A stretch of 64,000 nt of DNA from Phoronis australis (Eukaryota > Animalia > Phoronida): positions 176,710 through 240,709 of the forward strand of contig NMRA01000102.1 in the NCBI GenBank assembly GCA_002633005.1. Reading direction: 5' to 3'. The notes beneath the pieces are model-generated. The model searched no databases and was not told the DNA's origin. It saw only the letters and a list, made by a program, of their open reading frames with translations. Made by a program: the position numbers and the translations under genes. This document shows, piece by piece, positions 13,720 through 26,205 of the stretch (the first letter of the stretch is position 1; each line of letters opens with the position of its first letter).

Positions 13720-15879
13720 CAGGTCGCAAAATTTTCCCGCCATTTTTACGCGCCAAAATTGATTTTTCAGATCATCGAGAAAATGTTCAGATTATGATCT
13801 TACTTGCAGCGTTAATTACTCACAAATTTCAGATCCCAAAAATTGACTTCGTTCATGCACGTATGGCGTTACTGTTCTTCACGACCGCATTTGAAAGGCT
13901 CTACAGCGCAAGGCATGTTGTCGACGTGAAAGTTGAATTAGTTCTCTCTAACTGACACGTGTATTCGAGTAGCTAAGTTTGCGATGTGAAAAGGGAGAAA
14001 ATGCCCGTTGAAAAAGTATCCAGGATTTTGCTAGGTGTGACCTGCTACTAGCTGTCACCTAAGTCGTTAAAGATTCAAACTAATTCCGCGTTCAAATTCC
14101 CTTCGCTTTTCGTTCGCAGCCCAAATTTTGCAACTTAACTCGACGTTTGAAAAACATCTGTCGAAAAAAATCCGTGAAACGATGCCCTAACCAAATGAAC
14201 AATTCAATGCAAATTTCACAACAAAAGTGTGATACGTATGCTGTTTACGTACTCAACAATTAGTTTTTCCAGGAAGTGATTAGCCTCGAAAAAATTCCAG
14301 ACTCCCTGGGTAATGGTGAGTTTGCTCCTCAATACCTTCCGCAAGTACGGGAATAATAGGTCAGTCACAAAACGACACGCATGTCACCAGTGTTAACTTT
14401 CTTTCGGAGGTATAAAACAAAGCCGGGATTTGGTTTTTACACATTGAGAAAAGACGTTTTTTGAAAACTGAATTTGTTGTATAAAATGAGAGTGACACAC
14501 CATATAAGCTGCGTTTCAATTTTAAACCACGCACGGTCGTTTGTAGTGCGCTATGATAGGCGCTAGCCTGAACTGTGGGCGCCTAACTGGAGGTTGAGAG
14601 GGAATGCTTAATAGATCAGTGAGCGCTTGTTGTGAAACACTTCAAAGGCAGGAGTGGGCTTGTGTTTGAGCATAGTCGTTAACCTGAGTGTTTGCGGTAA
14701 TAAGATGTTAAAAGACTACAATGGTAAGAAACGTTATAATACGATTTTGCGTGGCAAACTCATCTAGTAGGGGTGACTTTCTGGACTGTAACCTTTTTAG
14801 CCACCCGGAAGAACTTTGTTTTTAATTGCCCGCTTCAGCCGCAACAAGATTGTTTCTATTGGTGTCTGAACATTTTTACGGCGGCGGTGGTCTGGGAAGC
14901 GAAAAGTTGCCGGGAAGGGGCGGGGGGTGTATGAAAAGAAGAATAAAAAGTTCGTTAACCCCAATTTCGCATCTAATACCCGTTTAGTTGCAATAGCTAG
15001 CTACGGGCATAGAATATAGGGTTTTGGGAATATCGACCTCGGGAAACATCGGAACCGGAAAATATCAGTTCTTGGTTATATCGGTCCCGGGGAATATCGT
15101 AAAGCATCGGGTCTTTTATAACCGCCGGGAATCTATGAGTTCATTTTCAAATAAACCATTGGCACCCGGGTGCTTAACAGAGCCAAGCCGGTATACTCTT
15201 TTTTTAATAGAAACACCGCTTGTTTGTGACATTTTATCACGTGTTATGCAGTGGCCCGAAACTTTCTTCGGCGAATAAGGAAATTTGCAGTGGCCGAATA
15301 TGTTAGCCAATGAAACGCGTCAAAGATCGATTCTGCATATCCCATGTTCACGCGACTTGCTGACAAGTCATTGGGAGGGCTGTTTTCAGTTAGTGTTCTT
15401 TTGAACTTGAATTTGGCAACAACCAAATAATGGTCGGATGAAAAAGAGTTGCTTTATATTTGCCAGGTATCTGCCCAGAAATGTAAAAACTCAGCTCGCA
15501 TTCGTTGGAAATTCCAGGTCGCATTTTGCGACTTGATACGCAATTCCAAATTTCAGGTCGCAATGCGACCTGCAGCTCGTTATGTCGAGCCCTGACAAGT
15601 CTTACACATAAGCACAGAAACTTTATTCACTCTTGTATTTTTGACCCTTTCACTCCTGCTGAAAACCAAGATAGACTAAGAAAAATAGGGCAAAAATGCA
15701 AAATCGGCACTTTTCACCCCCAAACCACCACTTCCCTGCCGATGTTCGACTAAAGCCAACATAAGATACCGAAAGAAAATTTCCTACCGAATAAAAAATG
15801 TGGTCCAAAACTATTGTTAACCAACTAGTTTTTTTTTCAAATCTTGCTCGTTTGAGGGCTACCTGAAATCGCGGCCAAT

Positions 15880-18115
15880 TGACCTATCGCAAGCTCCGCC
15901 CCTATGCGAGAAGTCACGTGATTCCCGACATTCGAACGAGATGTTAGAGGCAAATACACTGTCGCTAAATGACGTTCCTGGTGGAATCGATGAGTGTTTT
16001 TGTACTATTTGAAAACGCGTCGACAGAGACAAGAGCTGATGTTTTTCAACAGTGAATCGTAAGTTCATGATATGGAAATTTGTAAAGGTGACGATGAAAA
16101 AATAAGTGCTCGAGGAGCCAGCGAAAATCCGAAGAACCCCTCGGCCTCGGGGCCACCTTTACCTGACAAATGACAAGGCCACTGATACGATATGTTCATG
16201 TAAAGCTGGGTATGTACCTTGAAGTCGAATTATCTGTACGATTCCATAGATTTCATGATCTTTCGAATAAAATCAGTGAAGATTCGCCGATGTTTTTATT
16301 CTGTCGTCTGCTAAATTTCGCCAAATGAAAAGTAGGTCACAACTGGTGGGACTCCTGGAGTAAAGTAGGTCTTAGATTACAGACAACACATGCACTATAG
16401 TGTCTGACTAGGTCGACTCGATAGCACTGTTTACGCTTTTCTAATCTTGTAACGAAATATTTTGATAAAAAAATTCAGGTTCATAGCTGCAGGTACACAC
16501 TCATCTCGTCCTGGCCAAACAGTTAACTCCGGTAGGTCTAGGGCTATGCCTAAGTAAAATTAATGTCTGGAATTCAGTGGCGGATCTAGGATACCGCAGG
16601 GGGGCCAACATATGTTGCCTCGTGGAATTGGGCAAAGTGCGATTGTATGTGCACAGGCGGCCCGAAAGTTGCAGGGGCCAGAGATATAAACCGTTGGACC
16701 TTCTGCACAGAAAATCTATCGGTGGACTAAAAAAAACAGGAACACGATTCCGCCACGATCTGGGCTCTGAGCCCCCCTCTTCCGCTACCAGTCCTAGTTT
16801 CTGAACTCAGTATTTCCTCACGCTCTTGCTGTTTCATTTTGCTTACGGCAGCCAGGGGGGCTGGGGCACCTGCCCCCCCCTAAATCCGCCTATGGAATTG
16901 TCCGTTTGCACCATTAAGACATTTAAATTAGGCCTACCTTCTTATGAACTTGGCATTTTTTGTAGTTTCATTCCATAAAGGTAGCTTTCATTTAATTTTG
17001 AAGGTAGCATGATCACTAAGTCGTGGTATGGTTACAAAAGATTACAAGTCTGGTGGGGTAGTTGCAAAAATAGTGTATTTACAAAAATAACTCAAATTCT
17101 TTTTTAAAGCTTCATAAATCTAAATATCATGTTTGAACAACTTCAAAATGAGCTCTCTCTAACTCTACAGACATAGTGTATACTAGAGGTACACGTCAAA
17201 AAGTAATTCAACAGTTTATTTCTAGTGACAACAGCTCGACCAAGGCTTTGAGTTTCGGCAGTAATCCAGTGCCCTTCCCAGTGCCGATCGAATCTCTGAA
17301 TTTTGACCGGGAGAGGGAGAGAAGTTCAGTTGAACGCCAGCTTACGGTTTATGAATAACAAAAATGTACCTCTGATACGAAACAAAATAATGTCCATTAG
17401 GTTGAAATAAATAAAAAAACCCGTAAAATAAAATGTCCTTGAAAACAACAATTTCCGGGGACTACCGCTAGTGCTGAGATCCAGCAGGTGCCGAGACAAA
17501 CGCGGCCAGACGTAGTCAACTCGGGAGTCAAAATATAGATAGCCCTGCACCATAGCCACCAAGCTGAAAAGTGCGTATCTTGAAACTAATATATTTGTGT
17601 TTATAATAGCCTTCGAGTTATCAAGCAACATCGCTAAGTTCAGCTGCTCATGTGGCCGTACAGTTTGATCCATAGTTTACGCTTTTCAACATCATTTTTC
17701 GACTTAGGACATGCCAAAAATGACGCGATATTATTCTGGAGCAGCATAACGTCTGTCGGTGCTACACACGTCATATCAACACCGTTAGTTTCCCATTCTT
17801 AGCGGACAATTTCTTGAGCTATAGACTAAAGTAAGTTTTACTCGACTGCGAGTGGTTTGTCGGGTAAAATGGCGGCTTGGAAACGCAGACGAAGGTGTGC
17901 CAAGAATGCTGCGTTCTGATTGGTCAATTAAGCCGTCCGTCATAATCCTGACGTGCGTTCAGTAGACGCTAGGACCTACGCTAGGACCGAGCTAAAACCT
18001 AGTCAAAGTCACGTGTTCTCATTTAAAATACACGGCAATATCTCACGTAATCTCGCGAAGTCTTGCTTTGTAGCAAGGTCCTAGCGTTACTGAACGGAAG
18101 GATGGCGATAGGTCA
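15880..18115. mobile_element. Decayed DNA transposon with THAP remnant (ISL2EU-like)
   Basis: TIR TGACCTATCGC/GCGATAGGTCA in an AT (or AATT) duplication. Minus-strand relic at about 17590-17795 reads MGN*RC*YDVCSTDRRY..CPKSKNDVEKRKLWIKL..RPHEQLN. Confidence 0.65.
16575..16894. mobile_element. Short TIR element with 5-bp TSD
   Basis: CAGTGGCGGAT...ATCCGCCTATG flanked by GAATT; related end at about 60920-61002. Confidence 0.7.
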
Positions 18116-18443
18116 ATTTCTCAGTCTCTACCCAACAATGCACAATTTTGCAACAGGGGGCCGCCATCTTGAAGAAGAGTGCAGCTACAGCCGAGCAAGT
18201 GGTCTTTTTTCATTCTCAACATGCTCACAAATACAAAACAAAACACATTCACTTGGCCTACATGCAATACCTAACTAAACTTGCCCCCATGCAAGTCTGG
18301 CCTACCCCTAGATTTTAATATTTGGGACTGCAAATTGGCCGCGGCAGCAGGCTAACTGTTCAGTGGCACCTACGGTCTCTGGCACCATACAACAGAAAGC
18401 GCCGTCTCGTGGAGAGCTTTTTAGAAATGAATCTTGTCCACAG

Positions 18444-18605
18444 GAGGAGTGAACTTGTTTCAAGTAGCCGCCCACGAGTTAGGACACTCTATCGGTCTGT
18501 CTCACTCGGATGTACCGGAAGCGCTAATGGCCCCCATTTACAGAGGATATGTTCCTGATTTCACTTTGCATGAGGATGACAAGACAGCAGTGCAGATTTT
18601 ATATG
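18444..18605 (+). CDS. MMP exon (zinc-binding active site and Met-turn)
   Basis: cacag acceptor; (G)[53 protein letters not shown](G): HExxHxxGxxH plus ALMAP Met-turn; donor gttagt; phase 1-1. Confidence 0.96.
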
Positions 18606-19641
18606 GTTAGTACGTTTAAATTGTTTTAATGAAATCTGCGTCTTCATCCATCCAGCTCGCGACGTGCTTGGTTCGCTTCCAATCTGCATATCACCCTGTT
18701 AGCTGGCTTACAAAAAATTAGGCCTTTTGGTCTTATTAGAACGGTCTCATGATATTCCTTTTCGTGGTAACTTCCATTTTCGTTAACAACAAGAACATCG
18801 AAACCATCAGCGACTGAAGAAAAGACCAATGCCGCAGATTGCGAATTCGGTAAACATGTGGCGCATGTGCCCATCTTCCTGTGACTTGATTTAGTAGCGG
18901 ATATGGAATCCTATCACGGCAAAGAATATTTTGAGACCGATTTTATGAATATAAAAGGCATCATTTTATTTGTGTTTTTCCCAGCTATATAGGGCGAAAT
19001 ACGGCTTTTAGTTCTGGTTTTGTGATTGTGTTCTTTAGAGCTGTCTACACAAGACAAAATGAAACCGTATGAAGAAATTAACAGTAGCACTGAGGTGATG
19101 CTGGTAATACAATTTCGTATACCAGTAAGACTTCCGTATACGGCAATCGGATTCGTGAGCAGCGTGGCGTTAATAAATGACACCATGTATGGATCACCTC
19201 GTGTAGTAGCATAGTGTTGTTGAGAGATCATTTGCCGAAACCTTTATTTTCTCAATTTGTAATGATATGTACTGTCTTTAACAACATGCTTGTTTCATGG
19301 TAAGTTACAATCGATGTTTTGCTCTACCAACTCCCTTCAAACCTTGGACGTTCCCACTCATTCGTCCATAATCCTTTCCAGTTGCACTGGTCATCAACAA
19401 TCCCCCGGGGAGTAGTTAACCTAAGTGGCCTTCCTTGGCTGTGAGCCTGGTGTTGAAGCAGTATTTTTTATTTCAACCAACCCTCCCTCACTGACACAGC
19501 AAATGTGCCTTTCATGTACAATAAACATTCCTTAGGCCGGGAGCAGGTTAAATAAGGACGATCTTTGGTTCCGATCTGAAGTCTTTACAAAGACAAACTG
19601 AACAAAAGAGGCTAGTTACCATTATCAATTTTATCTTCAAG

Positions 19642-19794
19642 GAAAGCCGTCTTTGACAGTCGTGACTGATGCATCAAGTGGTGGGCGGCCATCTTTGCCA
19701 CCCACTGTTCAACCATCTGGTGACAATCCGTGCACAGACGGAAAAATCGACGCCATATTTACGGCAGAGGATGGTTTCACTTACGCATTTAGAG
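19642..19794 (+). CDS. MMP exon (hinge and start of hemopexin domain)
   Basis: (G)KPSLTVVTDASSGGRPSLPPTVQPSGDNPCTDGKIDAIFTAEDGFTYAFR(G); Pro/Ser hinge, first hemopexin Cys and DA motif; donor gtaagg. Confidence 0.92.
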
Positions 19795-19917
19795 GTAAGG
19801 ATGTAGCTATCGTATAACTCTTTTATTTCGGCGAACGGAAGGAACTGGCAATAAAAGAAAACATCTCTCCAAGCGATTACTGTCATGGTGAATTCATATG
19901 ATTAAATATTATTGCAG

Positions 19918-20057
19918 GTCGTTATTACTATTTCTTGGACCCTTCGAACGGATTTATCTTTAAGAGGGCAATGGTTATTAAAGATGGATGGCCAGGATTA
20001 CCCAATAATATCGATGCAGCAATTGGAAATCTCAAAGGTCATACTTATTTCTTCAAG
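19918..20057 (+). CDS. MMP exon (hemopexin blades 1-2)
   Basis: tgcag acceptor; (G)RYYYFLDPSNGFIFKRAMVIKDGWPGLPNNIDAAIGNLKGHTYFFK; donor gtaaga; phase 1-0. Confidence 0.93.
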
Positions 20058-20796
20058 GTAAGAGCAGCTGTTGAACATTAATTTCGGATGGTTGGTATGG
20101 GAGGTGGGAAAATGTTTGCACCCGCTTCTTGGTCAGCTACTTTAAATGGAGGGAAAAGCAAGCAATAGACTGAAATCCGAATTGGTGATTATTGGCATTG
20201 CCCCCACTTGAAAGATACCAGTGTGAACGGGGCATCTTTCTTTGCCATATAGAGGCTACTTTCAGGGTTCTCGCATTCTGAGTACCAGTGTGAACACTTG
20301 TCGCTGTAGAGTCCTCCAGTCATCGAAAACAGCAGCACTGAGTGCTAACCGGTAATCGAATCCGTGCCTCCGTCACGTGTGACAAGTCGGGCTTTACCGC
20401 TGGCTACCAGTGTGCTGCATACGTGCTCAACATGCAACAAATCTACGCGTGCACCAGAGTCGCATTTATGGTAAACAAACTTATTCCTGCATTCAACCTA
20501 TTATAAATAACAATGTGAAAATTGAGTCGCTTCAATAAACAGCAAAGATTGATGAGTCGACGTATTATTTTAATGTTTATTTTGGTTTTGAATTTGAAAT
20601 CCTGAGTTTCTCAGAATGGTCTGCATGTCGAATGCTCCTAGAATTGATTATTTTCTTGAAAAACAGAGATTTTGTTCCTGGAAAAACGAACTTTTAAGTT
20701 AAAATTTGCATGGAATCAAACACAATGAAAGCTAACTATTCCGCAACCTATAGGCAATATAGGTAAACGTGGTAAATTTGTTGAATAGAAGGCTCA

Positions 20797-20893
20797 TGCA
20801 CTAGGCAGGAATGGAACCTCGGCCTACCAGGTGCGAGACGAACACTGGCTTACCGCGTGAGAGACGAGAAATCTACGACTGAACCACAAGCGC
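20797..20893 (-). pseudogene. Diverged tRNA-Gly relic
   Basis: tgcactaggcaggaatggaacc...gagaaatctacgactgaaccacaagcgc, followed by the same flank as the other units. Confidence 0.65.
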
Positions 20894-21696
20894 GATATTC
20901 AGTGATGCCCTTATTTATCACAGTTGCATTATTCTCAAACAATTTCGTTCTACTCGTGGCCTTCTGAAGTTTCTGTTGTTGTAACGATAATTTTATCGAA
21001 TACTGATTTGCGATGTAAATCTATGGAGACTGATGACCCGGCGGGTTTTTAGAATGATCTTAGTTTTCAATCATTTGAAGACAGTTAACTAAAAGTGTTT
21101 CTTGATCAGATGATCTATTTGTCAAACTTCAAAAAAATACCAACAGATTAAAAAAATTGATACAGGTCTTTGTAATAAATGGCAATTTTGTTGAAATAAA
21201 AATAACACTCTTTGCAATCTAATATTCGACCAATGGTCAGTAATAAGTATAAAATGACCTACGCCGCAGACACAAAATATACCGCCGGCACTGTCTGGGA
21301 CTCGAACACTAACACTGACCACCAGTGCCAAAGGATCGGCATTTGAGAAAGTTCATTTTCCATGTTTGTTTTTCAACTTTTTATAGCGTCAGTTGAGTGT
21401 GACATCAGGTGATTTTCGGAAACAGGCCCCGCGCAGACTCGAACCTCAAGTCTGAGCGATCGGCAGTTAAATTCTTTGCTGGTGATTCGATTACTAGTAG
21501 CCTGACTCTAAGCATACTACTACCAGCAGGACGAGATTTCAGCAAAGTAATAGCAAAAACTGGTGGGAATATTGCTGATTTGTTATAAAATCAAATAAAG
21601 CACAAAGATTTTATCATTTTGTAGTCTGACCAATGCTAATACCTGCAATATGTTTGTACTCGTGATAACATTATCTGACGCAGCAAACACAAAATG

Positions 21697-21767
21697 TGCA
21701 CCAGCCCGGAATCGAACCCGGACCTCCCTCGTGTCAGGCGAGAATTCTACTACTGAACCACCAGTGT
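21697..21767 (-). pseudogene. tRNA-Gly pseudogene with anticodon changed to GAC
   Basis: Full-length copy with G1>A, D-loop GG>AG, anticodon-stem and T-stem mismatches. Confidence 0.85.
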
Positions 21768-22871
21768 TTAGTTATAAAATCCAATCAACTCTTTTATCAT
21801 AGTTGTATTATTCTCAAACAGACGAAAAGCTTCATTTCCAGTGCACGCAGCCTTCTGTGTTTTTCCTGAAGTTTCGGCTGCTGCAACAATAATTTTTTCG
21901 AATATTGAAAAATGATGTAAATATATAGACTGGTGTCCCAGCGGTGCTTTTATAAACATCCTAGTTTCCGAATCGTTTGAAGATGTTAATTAAAAGTATT
22001 TTCCTGTACTTGTCCACTGAGTTCCAAGATTATACCAATGACTGAACCTTAAATTGACACAATGCTTTTTAATATAGTAGTTCAGGGTAAAAAATAAATA
22101 ACACGCTTTGTGATCTAATATTTTTTTCGACAAATGGACACTGAGTAATTGGTAGAAAATGTCCGACACCGCGGTAAACACAAAATGTGTCGGCACTCAG
22201 TAATCAGGAATAGAACCCCCAAACAGTGAAGCGCCACCAGTGACCGATACGGTGGTGGAATGATTCTAAACAGTGAAGCGCCACCAGTGACCGATACGGT
22301 GGTGGAATGATTCTAAATAGATGAGTGAGGGTGTGTTATTAAGTGGAAACAATTTTAAACTGTGAACCATTAAATTTTGTTGATGGCCTTTAATATAATA
22401 TTTATGTGCATAACTTAAAACGCCTAAAAATTTGTTCAGAGCCGAAAGTGTCGGAATTTGAGCCCGTTCGTTATTGATCTGTGTATTTCAATCTTTTGCT
22501 GGCGTCAGTTGAGCATGACATAAACGGCGAGTAAAGTGTTTGTTTTGACTGAAATACGCCCAGCGCGGACTCCAACCTGAAGCCCTAGCGATCGCAGTCA
22601 AACCCTTTGCTGGTGGAGCTTAATCCCATTCGATTCTAAGCGTACCACCGGTCGGCCTTGATTTCAGCAAATTATATTATGACAAACAATGGTGTGAATA
22701 TTGGTCATTAGTGATAAAAAATCACAAAAACACAAAAGAATTTATTAGTTTGTAGTCTGACCTAGGACCAATATTACTCCAAGGTCTGACCAAACCTTTA
22801 ACATCAATTTTTATTGTCTCCACCAAAATCCCCAAGAGAACGACAATGTCCGACGCAGCAAACACTAAATG

Positions 22872-22935
22872 TCCACTAGCCGGGAATCGAACCCGGGCCT
22901 CCCGCGAGGCAGGCGATCCACTGAACCACCAGTGC
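22872..22935 (-). pseudogene. tRNA-Gly pseudogene (D-arm deletion)
   Basis: Same sequence and flanks as 24933-25003 with about 7 nt lost. Confidence 0.85.
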
Positions 22936-23362
22936 TCTCTATGTTAAAAGCGTGAATTAAATCAACTCTTTTATCACAGTTTCGCTATTCCAAAGCAGAA
23001 CAGATGAAAAACTTCATTTCCAGTCGGGTCGCGGTCTTCTATGTTTTTCCTGAAGGTTCGGTTGCTGAAACGATAACTTTGTCGAATATTAAATAATGAC
23101 GTAAACGCCGGTATAGACTGGTGACCCAGTGGTGTTTTTAGAAAATCTTACTTTCCGAATTTTTCGAAGATGTTAATTAAAAGTATTTTCCAGTAAATGT
23201 CCAGTTTCAAGAAAATACCAATGACCAAACCCTAAATTAATACATTGCTTTTTAACAAATAGTTAATTTGTTGTCTGACCAAAGCTTATAACTTCACTGT
23301 TTTTGTCCTCCACCAAATCTCCCCGTGATAACGACAATGTCTGACGCAAAAAAAGCAAAATG

Positions 23363-23403
23363 TGCACTAGCAGGCTAGAATTCTACCACTGAACCACCAG
23401 TGC
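23363..23403 (-). pseudogene. tRNA-Gly pseudogene (anticodon/T-arm deleted)
   Basis: tgcactagc joined to aggctagaattctaccactgaaccaccagtgc; about 30 nt deleted. Confidence 0.8.
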
Positions 23404-24932
23404 TCTTTACGTTACTGACGTGAATTCAATCAACTCTTTTATCACGTGCACTATTCCTAAGCAGAACAGTTGAAAAACTAATTCATTCCCAGTGGTCGCG
23501 TTTTTCTATGTTTTTTTCTGAAGTTTCTGTCGCTGCAACAAAAATGTTGCCGAATATTGAATAATGATGTAAACGTATACATTGGTGATCCGGCGATGTT
23601 TTCAGAAACATCTTATCTTCCGATCGAATCTTTCGAAGATGTTACTGAACTCAAGTGTTTTCCTGCATGTACTTTCCCAGTTTCAAGAAAATAACTGACT
23701 GAGAACTTAGAATTGATCCATTGCCTTCTAACAAATAGCAGTTTAGCTGGAAGGAAAAATAACACGCTTTATGATCTAATACTCGACCAATGGGCACTGA
23801 GTAATATTGGTAGAAATGTCGGACGCCGCGCGGACAAAACACCAGTAATTAGTTGCAGGTACTTGGCTAGTCAGGAATCGAACCTGCCCCACTATAACAC
23901 GTACCACCACCAGTGACCGATAATACAGTGGCATGAATCTACTGCCCCACTATAACACGTACCACCACCAGTGACCGATAATACAGTGGCATGAATCTAC
24001 TGCCCCACTATAACACGTACCACACCAGTGACCGATAATACAGTGGCATGAATCTACTGATGAGTGGGGGTGTGTTAATTATTAAGAAACAAAAACTACG
24101 AACTATTTAAACTCTGTTGGTGGCAAAGCTCCATAATATAATTTTGGTGGGCGATAACTTAATCCGCTTATAACTTATTTGTACTAAGACTAGGGTCGGA
24201 ATTTGAGCCAGTTCATTATGGATTTGTGTTTTTGAATCTTTTGTTGGTGTCACTTGACCATGACATAGTCGACGGGTAATGTGTTTTTTTTAACAGTCCC
24301 ATCGCGCACTCGAACCTGAAGCTCTAGTGCTCGCAGTCAAATCAATGTGTGTGATATCCTTGCTGCGCCCCACTTTTGTCTCACCCGTGAACAGAACACA
24401 CAAAGTGAAAGACGTTCTGTATCTTATTATTGAATAACAAATAATCCTTATCTTTCTGGATATTAGGAAACGTAATAAATGACAGTTCTGGTGTTTTTGT
24501 GGATGAATTTGCAATTTATGGCGCTGCAACAGGCGCCCGTCTCTATCGGTTCTCACGGCGCATCCTGCTTAACCGTTGTTATTCACGACTTGGTGGCGCT
24601 AGTAGAAGCGATAACAGCGAAGTCACAAGTGAACACTCCTTGGTCAATCCCTTTGCTGGTGGAGCTTAATCCTATTCGATTACTAGTAGACTGTATTCTA
24701 AGCGTACCACCGGTCGACCTTGATTTCTGCAAATTATATTATGGCAAACAATGGTGAGAATATTGGTGATTAGTTATAAAAATCACAAAAACACAAAAGA
24801 ATTTATTTGTTTGTAGTCTGACCTAGGACCAATATTACTCCAAGGTCTGACCTAACCTTTAACATCAATTTTTATTGTCTCCACCAAAATCCCCAAGAGA
24901 ACGACAATGTCCGACGCAGCACACACAAAATG

Positions 24933-25003
24933 TGCACTAGCCGGGAATCGAACCCGGGCCTCCCGCGTGGCAGGCGAGAATTCTACCACTGAACCACCAG
25001 TGC
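24933..25003 (-). tRNA. tRNA-Gly(GCC), intact
   Basis: GCACTGGTGGTTCAGTGGTAGAATTCTCGCCTGCCACGCGGGAGGCCCGGGTTCGATTCCCGGCTAGTGCA, 71 nt; stems pair, A and B boxes intact, TTTT terminator follows. Confidence 0.95.
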
Positions 25004-25486
25004 GACCTGATGTATGCTCATTCAAATTCAATCTTTCTTTATTTCGTGCTCAATAACATCTGTTTTTCATGTTTCTCTGTGACCTGGGGCGGTTGTTGCT
25101 TCGAGGTCTAGCTGAGGTCAGACAATGAGACCGAACACGTCGCGTGTAGTAACAGGTGTTGAAATGTCTTTACTGGACACTGTATAGAGAGATAACTGAA
25201 CAGTATCGTTGCTAAAACAATATTGCGCGGTTATATACTTTTCATTAATCCGCCATACCATGTACACTCGAAATGCAAAATGAGTGGCCCACGCGTTTCC
25301 AAATTTTTGTCAGGCAGTCGAGTGGCTGGTTCAGTCATACAATGTTTATCAAACACACTCAGAAATATACACTTAAAGTGTATACACTTAATAATATATA
25401 GGGTCTACACTTAAAAGTGTATATTTCTGAATGTTTGTACTATACAGGTCCGTAGGAAGCGGGGGGGGGGGTCCGGGTGAAGGGGG

Positions 25487-26205
25487 CAGTGCTGTAGTGG
25501 TACAAGTAGAGGTAAGTAGGCGCCCAAAGCCCTGAATTTAAAAGTACATTGAACTCGCAAAATCTGACTCGCAAACATGTAGGCCTACTTTTTGACTCAC
25601 GATTGGGTATTTGGAGTTTGCAGTGGGGGATCTTGGATGTCGGAGAAAGAGGGTCCAGCCACACATATTCGAGGGCAAAGGTCCGTGTGCATTACAAGCG
25701 GTCTCTGAAGGGGGCCCAAGCACAATTATACTGAAAGGAAAATAGGAGCATGACGACCAGAAACGATATCCTGGCGGCGATTTTTAGTCGCCCGTGGGGT
25801 ATGTCCTCGGGGCCCATCGCCACCCCTCTCCCTATCTAGCATAATTGTTTCTTTATCTTGTATTGTTATAAATATTCCAATGATTACTCGGTGAGCATAC
25901 ATGTAAATCCTGGTGGTCGCGCCCGCTGAAATATTCGGCAACAATGCCGCGCTGTCGTCAGCGTAGCGCATTGATGCCGTAAGCTATCGTATCGAGACCA
26001 TGCCCCACTATCGTCACTCACGGCGCGTAGACGCTATGTTAAAATGAAAAAAGTGGTTACTGCGATAAAATGTAAAAGGTGGTTGGCTGCGCCTACGTGC
26101 GCGTACGCCCCACTATACCGTAACTTACGGTGGGTAGGCGGAAGGTTAAAAAGCAAAAAGGTGGTTGGCTGCGCCTACGTGCGCCTACACCCCACTACAG
26201 CAATG
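25487..26205. mobile_element. hAT-type MITE with 8-bp TSD
   Basis: CAGTGCTGTAGTGG...CCACTACAGCAATG flanked by GAAGGGGG; same family as 61869-62028. Confidence 0.8.

Larger units (their letters stand above)
12968..15594. mobile_element. 2.6-kb non-autonomous TIR element with 5-bp TSD (hAT5-like)
   Basis: CAGGGCTCGAC...GTCGAGCCCTG flanked by ACAAG; empty site visible at about 1443; subterminal GGTCGCA repeats. Confidence 0.85.
12841..18370. mobile_element. Second copy of the 1332-1973 element, split by two large insertions
   Basis: Segments 12841-12967, 15595-15880 and 18115-18370 align in order to 1332-1973. Confidence 0.8.
20340..25030 (-). repeat. Decayed tandem array of a 0.5-1.6 kb tRNA-Gly-containing unit
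   Basis: Shared flanks recur (e.g. atcaactcttttatca at about 21784, 22961, 23429; gtagtctgacc near 21620, 22750, 24810) around five or six tRNA copies. Confidence 0.85.

Noticed and set aside
25108-25145. Hammerhead-like CTGAGGTC..GACCGAACACGTC
   Set aside because: Both core boxes are defective (no CUGANGA, GAAC instead of GAAA); at best a relic
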